A stretch of DNA of 64,000 nucleotides from a virus. A model generated the notes under the pieces. It was not told where the DNA came from and ran no database searches. It was given only the letters and a program-made list of their open reading frames with translations. Where the stretch lies: the IMG/VR virus record IMGVR_UViG_3300007986_000012; one strand, given 5' to 3'. This document shows positions 27,918 through 35,345 of this stretch, one piece after another (the first letter of the stretch is position 1; every line of letters begins with the position of its first letter). The translations under genes and the position numbers were made by a program.

Positions 27918-28103
27918 ATGCAAAATTTAATTAAAAGTGCTATTCACTTAGCCTATTTCATGAGAGGTGGTGTTCAATACGAGGACATCCTAGATAGGAC
28001 CTTCTACGAACGAAAGATGATGATGGAATATATCAACGAAAGACTACAGTATGAAACAAAAAAACTTAAAGACACCAAGGGCAAACTCCCTCCGATATAT
28101 TAA
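27918..28103 (+). CDS. gp51-like hub assembly protein (probably the C-terminal part of a frameshift fusion with gp26)
   Basis: AYFMRGGVQYEDILDRTFYERKMMMEYI; gp26-gp51 synteny; frame open back to 27843. Confidence 0.65.
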   Translation: MQNLIKSAIHLAYFMRGGVQYEDILDRTFYERKMMMEYINERLQYETKKLKDTKGKLPPIY

Positions 28104-28819
28104 TGAACATAGTAGCTATTGATCCATCAACCACTTGTACCGGGATATGTATAAACGGAAACCGAATGGTTGCCGTTGCCCAAGAAAGTTTAGTATGTTC
28201 TAAAAAAGGTGACTTCGTGAAATGGTTTGATCTCGCATCCAATATTTGTGAAATTAAAACATACGAAAATTACAAAGAGAAAGAAACTTTTACCGGTGTA
28301 GAAGTGGAAAAATTGCGATACTATCAAACAATAGCAAATATTGTAATCAAAACAGTTGAAGAAAAATATAAGCCACATGATACAAAAATTTGTATCGAAG
28401 GGTTTAGTTATAACTCCAAAGCTGGAAATCTTATAGATCTTGTAACTTTTTCGACTCTAATACGAAGTCGCTTTCTCAACAACGGTTATGGGCTTATTGT
28501 CGTTCCACCCATGTCCCTCAAACAAGGTGCTGCTAAATTGGTATACCCGCGCGTTGACATAAAAAATAAAGACAGAGACCCAAAACTGACTCCATTGAAA
28601 CCTAAATTTATGTACCTAAACCCCGAGGGTGTTCCGGGGGGGAAATTCAAAAAACATGAAATGCTTCGTGCAATCGTAGATTCTCATTTTAAAGACGACT
28701 GGAAGAAATTTATTGACGCCAATTATTCAGATATCAGTTCTATGAAGTCAATACCTGCACCTATCGCAGATTTGAATGACGCCTATTTACTATACCATTA
28801 CATCAAAGATGATAAATAA
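28103..28819 (+). CDS. RuvC-like Holliday junction resolvase
   Basis: IVAIDPSTTCTG, ICIEGFSY, VPPMSLK, KKHEM, DLNDAY acidic catalytic pattern. Confidence 0.8.
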   Translation: MNIVAIDPSTTCTGICINGNRMVAVAQESLVCSKKGDFVKWFDLASNICEIKTYENYKEKETFTGVEVEKLRYYQTIANIVIKTVEEKYKPHDTKICIEGFSYNSKAGNLIDLVTFSTLIRSRFLNNGYGLIVVPPMSLKQGAAKLVYPRVDIKNKDRDPKLTPLKPKFMYLNPEGVPGGKFKKHEMLRAIVDSHFKDDWKKFIDANYSDISSMKSIPAPIADLNDAYLLYHYIKDDK

Positions 28820-28843
28820 TTGTAAATTGAAACATCTATACAT

Positions 28844-30163
28844 ATGAAAATTTTACAAGTACTTGAGGCCACTACCTACATGACGGATATTTCGTCAAAT
28901 GATTTCGGTCAAATGAGCCAATTTTTCTCTTTTCTTGAAAAAGAAAAAAAGGGGTACAATCTCTCTCTGGATGATGTAATGCGTTTTGTGCTAACAATCA
29001 AAAGCAAAAAGAGCGCTCTGCGAAACGTAGCAGGTTCAGGAGAAGAAATATCAAGGTCCCTTGCTTCGTCAACTGTCGGAAGAGAAGCCAATCTTGCAAG
29101 AGGGTTCAGTGATACCAAAGATGTAAATCTAGGTGAAACCAGTATTGATAATATGCATGCAGTAGGAAAAGCATTAGAGGCCGCAGGATATGCAGAACTA
29201 AACGATGATCCACGCAAATCAACAATAGACCGAGACGCAACCGCGAGATTATTGAAATTCATCAACACTATTAAAGCTAGTGGTTTCAATACACCACGAC
29301 AGGTAGCTCAAAATTTCGAGAAGGCCGTTGGTTCATATCGCCGTGGTGTAGAGGGCTTCAAACAAGATATCGGTAGAGGGAACAGTGATCTTGATATTGC
29401 TAAAGATCGAGTAAGTAATATAACACCAAACATGTTAATGTTTCTGGCCGCAGTAGTAAAGAAAAAAGGTAGAAGTGAAGCGTGGGACAACTACCTAAAC
29501 CCTGATAACTATGATGAACCACCGTTGCCGGGTTATACTCCGGGGTCATACAATCCCCGTGAAGCCGCTAAAGAACTAATAGCTATGGGACTTACAACCA
29601 AAACACCCAAAAAAGGACTGATAACTCTAAACAAGGATGCAATTAAAAAATCGGTTTCAGCCCTCCGCAACGAGTTAGAAGAATTAAAAACAGGTAGCAT
29701 CGAACAACCCGGTAACGTTAACACAAAAAGTCTAAAAGCCGTTGAACAAAATGCTAAAGCGTTAATCGACAAGATTGACTCAATGGTTCCTAATGACATC
29801 AAACGACTGGCAGAAAGTAAACTAGCAGCGGCACTTAGAAAAGCCAGTGAAGATACCGGTGACGATTCTTTTATTCAAGCCTATAACTTGTATACTAACA
29901 AACTAGCCCAATCAAGCGAAAGTGAAGCCGTGGGTGATGCTTCCGAAAGAATCAAAAAAACCCACTTAGGTAGTGTTATCGCTTTCCTGAGAGCCAGAAT
30001 CATCGGTCGCATGCTTTACCATTACGCATCGATGGTAATAGGCGATGGAAAAAAGTGGAAAGCACCAAACAAAGACTATGGATTTACTGGTCCAAAAGAA
30101 CTATCTATGGTAAGAAGCGCGCTCAAAAGTGGCGATGCATTAAAAACGTCACGTCTTTACTGA
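28844..30163 (+). CDS. Hypothetical 439-aa protein, possibly internal virion protein
   Basis: GATAAATA upstream; N-terminus MKILQVLEA resembles that of the ORF at 44955. Confidence 0.75.
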   Translation: MKILQVLEATTYMTDISSNDFGQMSQFFSFLEKEKKGYNLSLDDVMRFVLTIKSKKSALRNVAGSGEEISRSLASSTVGREANLARGFSDTKDVNLGETSIDNMHAVGKALEAAGYAELNDDPRKSTIDRDATARLLKFINTIKASGFNTPRQVAQNFEKAVGSYRRGVEGFKQDIGRGNSDLDIAKDRVSNITPNMLMFLAAVVKKKGRSEAWDNYLNPDNYDEPPLPGYTPGSYNPREAAKELIAMGLTTKTPKKGLITLNKDAIKKSVSALRNELEELKTGSIEQPGNVNTKSLKAVEQNAKALIDKIDSMVPNDIKRLAESKLAAALRKASEDTGDDSFIQAYNLYTNKLAQSSESEAVGDASERIKKTHLGSVIAFLRARIIGRMLYHYASMVIGDGKKWKAPNKDYGFTGPKELSMVRSALKSGDALKTSRLY

Positions 30164-30170
30164 AAAAAGC

Positions 30171-30202
30171 TTGACTTCACCTTCCCCAAGCATATATAAA
30201 TA
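30171..30202 (+). promoter_or_regulatory. Composite promoter: TTGACT-18 nt-TATAAA (sigma70-like) overlapping the late motif TATAAATA
   Basis: TTGACT at 30171-30176 and TATAAATA at 30195-30202; no ORF follows for about 670 nt. Confidence 0.75.
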
Positions 30203-30203
30203 A

Positions 30204-30540
30204 CCCTGTTCCCAACTTTGCAGTAAAGGAACACTTACAATTTGCATATCCCGAACAGGCTGCACAAATGTCGGACAGGGTGGATAGTAGACGATGAGGT
30301 TGCTATCCCATAGAAAAGCCCTAAAGGTCTGAATGAGGGGATTATACGTTGGTAACGCTTTCGGGACAGGCTGGACGTATAAATCCTAGACTCATGAAAA
30401 CAAGTTCATTGTTCATCGCAGTGAAAGGTCTTGGATCAATATTGATCGCGAATGACTGGAGATCGTCTTTGTACTGCAAATACAATGATCTTGTTATGGT
30501 AGTAGCAAGATAGATTCACCTACCTAGGTTGGAACGGGAA
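30204..30540 (+). ncRNA. Candidate ~335-nt structured non-coding RNA
   Basis: Starts right after the promoter; 5' and 3' ends are complementary; at least 7 nested helices, several with G-U pairs, and one possible pseudoknot; no ORF; not tRNA, tmRNA or RNase P by motif. Confidence 0.6.
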
Positions 30541-30546
30541 ATTTCC

Positions 30547-30845
30547 TAAACAAATTTATTATACAATTTTGTTAAAAAATGGGGGAGAGTATTTTAAAAC
30601 CCTTCAAAAAATATTCAAAAACACTGTAACCTACAAAATAGAAATAAAACAGAAACAAAATAAAGAATGTAAATGCGAACGGAGCGAAGCGTAGTGAGTA
30701 TTTACATTCTTGTAAAAAAAAACGAAATAACAAATTAATGGGGACCCCTTCGGGTCCCTCGGAGTCCGCTGTCGCGAACATCCGACTTGCTCTGCGCTCT
30801 TTAATAAGGTACAATATACAGGTACACCCAAATAGGTACAGACAA
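30547..30845. other. Origin-like element cluster
   Basis: A-rich tract 30547-30670; 12-bp inverted repeat 30663-30674/30700-30711 enclosing GCGAAGC; hairpin 30741-30758; three AGGTACA direct repeats (30807, 30820, 30834); directly upstream of a helicase. Confidence 0.45.
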
Positions 30846-30871
30846 ATGAACTACAAACAAATAGGTTGAAT

Positions 30872-33577
30872 ATGAAACACGAAGAGATACTTGAAAATAA
30901 CGAAAAGAAAATTCTAGAGACACTAGGAAACAGAAGTGTGTTCGACGCTTGGAAGAAAGCTCTAAATTACACGCCCAGAGATTCTCAAGAGAAGGTAATG
31001 GAGTGGATTGATACGTTGCCACCTGAAATCAAGTACATTTTAGTAGAAGCCCCCGTAGGCTGTCATGCAATAGATACACCAATAATAGGCTATGACGGAC
31101 ACATCAAACTGGTTCAAGAAATAAAGGTTGGGGATCAACTAATGGGACCTGATGGAAAAAAGCGTACCGTTTTGGAACTGCATCGAGGTACTCAACAGAT
31201 GTATAAGATAACACCGGTAAAAGGTGACCCATTTGTCGTCAACCAAGACCACATACTATCGTTGAAAACCACTCCGCTGGGAGGTAGGTACAATGTGTCA
31301 GGGAGCGAAATAGTAAACATTTCTGTTCGTGATTATCTGAATAAATCGAATCACTTTAAAAGAAATCACAAACTGTATCGACCGGATTTCATTGAATTTA
31401 CGGATTCTCAGTCTTTTCAGTCTTGCAACGAAAAACAGCAAGAGATAAACCCATATTTCATGGGAGTACTGTTGGGGGATGGATGTATGAAAAAATGTGC
31501 TTCAGTTACCACTATCGATTATCAAATTGCACAGACCGTATATGAACAAGCGGAAGTATTTGGACTTGAGGTTAGGGAACAAGTCAAAGAATCTACACAT
31601 GCAATACAGTATTACTTGTCTAGTGGAAGGTCTCAGCTATATGAAGACCGAAACCGCTTGATCGATATTCTGAAGAGAAACGGCTTGTATGGAAAAACTT
31701 CAGGGAATAAGTTTATTCCACACATGTACAAGGTTGGAAATAAGTTAACACGACTCGAAATACTGGCAGGGCTTATAGACACCGATGGAAGTCACAACGG
31801 TAGAGGGGGTTTTGATTATGTAACTAAATCCCCCCAGTTGGCAGAAGACATTAAGTTCATATGCAGAAGTTTGGGACTATCTGTAAATTCCAGTATAAAG
31901 ACGGTAGATGGAAAAAAATATGCAAGAATATGTATTAGTGGTAACACAGATATTATACCTACCCGTTTGGAGAGAAAAAAGGCACCACCTCGAAAACAAA
32001 AAAAGAGACCCACAGTGACCGGGTTTTCGATAGAAAAACTTGATGTAGATGAATATTACGGCTTTTCTCTGGATGAAGACCATCTCTATTTGTTGGGGGA
32101 TTTCATAGTAACACACAATTCAGGAAAATCTAATTTAGCAATGGCATTCAGTTCTTACATTAGTGATAGAATGGGTGATTCGTTCATATTAACTCCACAG
32201 AAAACGCTACAGCGCCAATATGAAGAGTCATTTGAAAAACATCTTCTTTTTTCTGTATACGGAAGAAGTAATTATGAATGCGAACAAAAAAACACGACTT
32301 GTGATGTAGGCGCGGATATTAAACCTGCATGTGATAATTGTCCCGCTAAACTCGCAAGAGATATGTCTATTACATCACCTAATGCCGTAATGAACTATAC
32401 ATTAGCTCTAACTTATTTCAAATACTTGAGAAAAATGATTCCCCCTAGAAATTTAATGGTGTTGGATGAAGCACATACCTTGGAATCCAACCTTGTCGAA
32501 TTCAGTTCGATTTCTGTAACGGACAAGAAATGTAAGAAATACAACGTCAAGTTCCAGTTCGCTCGTAGCGCCGCTGAGGCCATAAATTGGATAAGTCGTA
32601 CCTATCTACCTGCCGTCGAAGCAAAATCGATAGAGCTACGTAAGAAGGTGACTGAGATCGAAACTAGAGGTGGGGCACTGAGTAAATCTGACATACAGAC
32701 TGTTCGTGCTGCCATAACAGCCACGGAACATCGTAACCAATTAGTAGATCTAGTAGAAATGGACATGTCTCTAATAGACAAGAAATACGTCCTTGTGTCT
32801 GAAAAAGTTGGATTCAAATTCAAGGAACTCTACGCCAAGAATAATTTTAAAAACATTTGTTTACCAATGGCAAATCGTTTTCTCTTTATGTCATCTACTA
32901 TTCTGGATAAAGACGAATTCTGTCGAGACTTGGGGATCGACCCAGATGAGTCTGCTATGATTTCTCTTGATTCCGAATTTCCAGAAGAAAACAGGGAAGT
33001 AATATTTTCTCCCGTTACCAAAATGAATTATGGGTGGAACTCTGAAGAAAGAACACAAGATCGTAAGAAGATGATGACCCACATCAATCATGTATGTAGC
33101 TATCATGCGGACGAGTCGGGTGTGATACACACGGGTTCTTTCCAAGTTTCCCAGTGGATTCTTGAAAACATAAAGACAAATCATAGAATCATTCATCATA
33201 ATCCCGGTTTCAATCTTAGTAGAGATGAAGCTATTGACACCTTTTTGGAGTGTTCTGAAAAAGAACCAACTTTGCTGATATCTCCTTCTGTGACTGAAGG
33301 CATGGACTTGAAGGATAATCGCGGAAGATTTGCACTTATAGTCAAAGTTCCGTATCCGTATTTAGGAGATGCGTGGACAAAACGACGTATGCAGATTTCC
33401 AAGGACTGGTACAACCGACAGGCTATTACAGGAATAATTCAGGGTTGTGGTAGAGTTGTACGTTCCAAGGATGACTGGGGTACGGTATACATTCTCGACG
33501 AGTCCTTCGAATATTTGTATAATCAGACTAGAAAAATGATTCCATCATGGTGGAAGAGAGGATTGACAGTAGTATGA
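30872..33577 (+). CDS. DinG/XPD-like SF2 DNA helicase with intein
   Basis: Walker A EAPVG|SGKS split by the intein, four-Cys cluster (YEC..C..C..CP), VLDEAH, EGMDL, KVPYPYLGD, QGCGRVVRSKDDWG. Confidence 0.9.
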   Translation: MKHEEILENNEKKILETLGNRSVFDAWKKALNYTPRDSQEKVMEWIDTLPPEIKYILVEAPVGCHAIDTPIIGYDGHIKLVQEIKVGDQLMGPDGKKRTVLELHRGTQQMYKITPVKGDPFVVNQDHILSLKTTPLGGRYNVSGSEIVNISVRDYLNKSNHFKRNHKLYRPDFIEFTDSQSFQSCNEKQQEINPYFMGVLLGDGCMKKCASVTTIDYQIAQTVYEQAEVFGLEVREQVKESTHAIQYYLSSGRSQLYEDRNRLIDILKRNGLYGKTSGNKFIPHMYKVGNKLTRLEILAGLIDTDGSHNGRGGFDYVTKSPQLAEDIKFICRSLGLSVNSSIKTVDGKKYARICISGNTDIIPTRLERKKAPPRKQKKRPTVTGFSIEKLDVDEYYGFSLDEDHLYLLGDFIVTHNSGKSNLAMAFSSYISDRMGDSFILTPQKTLQRQYEESFEKHLLFSVYGRSNYECEQKNTTCDVGADIKPACDNCPAKLARDMSITSPNAVMNYTLALTYFKYLRKMIPPRNLMVLDEAHTLESNLVEFSSISVTDKKCKKYNVKFQFARSAAEAINWISRTYLPAVEAKSIELRKKVTEIETRGGALSKSDIQTVRAAITATEHRNQLVDLVEMDMSLIDKKYVLVSEKVGFKFKELYAKNNFKNICLPMANRFLFMSSTILDKDEFCRDLGIDPDESAMISLDSEFPEENREVIFSPVTKMNYGWNSEERTQDRKKMMTHINHVCSYHADESGVIHTGSFQVSQWILENIKTNHRIIHHNPGFNLSRDEAIDTFLECSEKEPTLLISPSVTEGMDLKDNRGRFALIVKVPYPYLGDAWTKRRMQISKDWYNRQAITGIIQGCGRVVRSKDDWGTVYILDESFEYLYNQTRKMIPSWWKRGLTVV
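31061..32119 (+). mobile_element. Intein (353 aa) with LAGLIDADG homing endonuclease
   Basis: N-terminal CHAIDT, DHILSL block B, YFMGVLLGDG and ILAGLIDTDG motifs, C-terminal VTHN followed by Ser. Confidence 0.95.
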
Positions 33578-33790
33578 AAACATTTCAAGTTTCAGTACAG
33601 GCCAATATAGTTGCAATTGATGATGTTGTGGCGGAGGATTCCGACGAGGCTATCCAAAAGGTTTTGTCGGATATCAGGGCTGACGGTTATGATATATGGG
33701 GAGATTTTTCTGCACATGCAGAAGAGGTAACCTACGAGTAAGACTAAATCGATATCATTCATATTGATGATTCCATCGTGGTGGAAAAGA
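33536..33790 (+). repeat. Imperfect 24-bp direct repeat (33536-33559 and 33767-33790) duplicating the helicase 3' end
   Basis: ATGATTCCATCATGGTGGAAGAGA vs ATGATTCCATCGTGGTGGAAAAGA (22/24 identical); both read MIPSWWKR. Confidence 0.85.
33574..33741 (+). CDS. Small acidic hypothetical protein (55 aa)
   Basis: MKTFQVSVQANIV...; ATGA overlap with the helicase stop. Confidence 0.7.
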   Translation: MKTFQVSVQANIVAIDDVVAEDSDEAIQKVLSDIRADGYDIWGDFSAHAEEVTYE

Positions 33791-33852
33791 CGCAAAAAGG
33801 CTTATAGAAGACAACATCATCCGAGGCAGAGAATTAAGACAGCGTTTCATGG

Positions 33853-34074
33853 ATGATTATAAAAAACCACGCTTACTGTCCGGAATGTGGGAGTGACAAT
33901 TCCATATCCACCTTAATGAGCTTTACATTTGATACCGACGACCCGGATAGTTACGAAGATAGAAACAACGTGACATGTTGTTGCTGTAGTTGGAAAGGAA
34001 TTGCACATGATTTGGTTGGAAATCAAAAAAAAGATTTACAGAGAGAATTTCGTATAAATATTAAAACAAGTTGA
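33853..34074 (+). CDS. Small zinc-ribbon-like protein
   Basis: CPECGSDN...CCCCSWKG. Confidence 0.65.
   Translation: MIIKNHAYCPECGSDNSISTLMSFTFDTDDPDSYEDRNNVTCCCCSWKGIAHDLVGNQKKDLQREFRINIKTS
34053..34060 (+). promoter_or_regulatory. Late promoter TATAAATA
   Basis: Exact motif 28 nt upstream of 34088. Confidence 0.7.
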
Positions 34075-34087
34075 GAAGATATAGAAG

Positions 34088-34717
34088 ATGTCAAAAATAA
34101 TATACACTACGGAAAACGAAAACGAAAGACCAAAACAAACCAATGCGGATACTGCTCCTCCTTTAAATCTGGTATATGGCCAAGAAGACACGAACACACG
34201 CCCCAAAAGAAGGACAGTATTGCAGCATTATCTCGAAGAAAACTCTTATTACGTTTATGATTCGGAAAGCAGAAAAACTTTTGCAGAAACTGTAACCGGC
34301 AGTTTAATCACAGAAGATTTCACTACGGACTGGTTGTTGAATGCTGCACAATCGCAGGGAGAATCTCCTTTTTTTGGTGAATGTTATAGTGTTGAACAAG
34401 CACAGACTCCAGTCCTTTTGAGCATAGATTACGACGGGGACAAATCGTATTATTCTTTGTCACTGATATTGCGGTACATTGGATCACAACCATCTACAAC
34501 CGTGGAAATGGTGTTGACCTATAACGACGGCTCTGATAATGTCGAACACAATTTTAATTTTGAGGTTAATAACGGAGAAGATCGCGAGGTTAATATAGAT
34601 TTAACTGCTCTTGGGATTACACCCGTATCTTTCGTGAATATTTTATTGACACCAGATTTGGTGGAATACGACATATTCAGGTTGTGTGATATAACGGGTG
34701 TCCGTATGTCCGGTTAA
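34088..34717 (+). CDS. Hypothetical late protein with a beta-rich C-terminal domain
   Basis: Acidic and beta-strand-rich; W...C...LCDI pattern resembles the C-terminus of the giant protein. Confidence 0.7.
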   Translation: MSKIIYTTENENERPKQTNADTAPPLNLVYGQEDTNTRPKRRTVLQHYLEENSYYVYDSESRKTFAETVTGSLITEDFTTDWLLNAAQSQGESPFFGECYSVEQAQTPVLLSIDYDGDKSYYSLSLILRYIGSQPSTTVEMVLTYNDGSDNVEHNFNFEVNNGEDREVNIDLTALGITPVSFVNILLTPDLVEYDIFRLCDITGVRMSG

Positions 34718-34721
34718 TCTA

Positions 34722-35345
34722 ATGATTGACGTTGCTATAATTTGTAGTGGAAGCAGGGAAAGTTATTTCAAAGAATGTTTACTCAGTTTGGAAAAAGAGC
34801 CCGTAAACATATGTGTAGTAGATAAACAGAAAACTCTTGGCGACGGAAGAATAAAATCTTATGAAGCTGGAGTAAACAGGTTTGTATGCTTTGTTGATGA
34901 CGATGATGTTATTATTCCCGGAGCTTTTGATCGTGCTTTGTTTAAAATTAAGTTAGAGTCGAATATATCCGCATATTATTCTAACCATTTAGTTGTTACC
35001 GAAGATTTGTCTACCGTTATCGGACGTAGGTTTTCTAAATTGTCGTCACCCGGCTTATTACAAGACGCACAAATGCACCACATAGTAGTATATGACAGAA
35101 ATACTATAAGCCCTGTTATTGGTTATCTGAGGGGGGTTCATACTCGCGACAGAAGGTTGCTGAATTACCATTCTATAATGAATGGTCGGGTTATTGGAGA
35201 TTTGAACCATGGCGCAATGTGGAGAATACATTCTGGGAATAACCATAAAACCGCAGACATCAGATCCAATCCACCGGAATGGTTCGCAAAGATAGAAGAA
35301 CTGGAAAAAGATATCATCGACAAATTCTCCAAAATAGTCAGGTGA
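34722..35345 (+). CDS. Glycosyltransferase, GT-A fold (family 2-like)
   Basis: IDVAIIC, CLLSL, GDGRI, FVCFVDDDDVI (DXD motif). Confidence 0.8.
   Translation: MIDVAIICSGSRESYFKECLLSLEKEPVNICVVDKQKTLGDGRIKSYEAGVNRFVCFVDDDDVIIPGAFDRALFKIKLESNISAYYSNHLVVTEDLSTVIGRRFSKLSSPGLLQDAQMHHIVVYDRNTISPVIGYLRGVHTRDRRLLNYHSIMNGRVIGDLNHGAMWRIHSGNNHKTADIRSNPPEWFAKIEELEKDIIDKFSKIVR

Noticed and set aside
30204-30540. tmRNA, RNase P, tRNA or self-splicing intron identity for the structured region
   Set aside because: No tRNA-like acceptor/T arm or tag ORF, no GAGGAAAGUCC P4 motif, no group I P7 pair or group II domain V, and it does not interrupt a gene
30807-30840. CRISPR-like array
   Set aside because: Repeats are only 7 bp with 6-7 bp spacers; no CRISPR array or cas gene was seen anywhere in the window
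30572-31022. Short minus-strand ORFs in the intergenic/origin-like region
   Set aside because: Low-complexity Phe-rich translations of A-tracts without ribosome-binding sites
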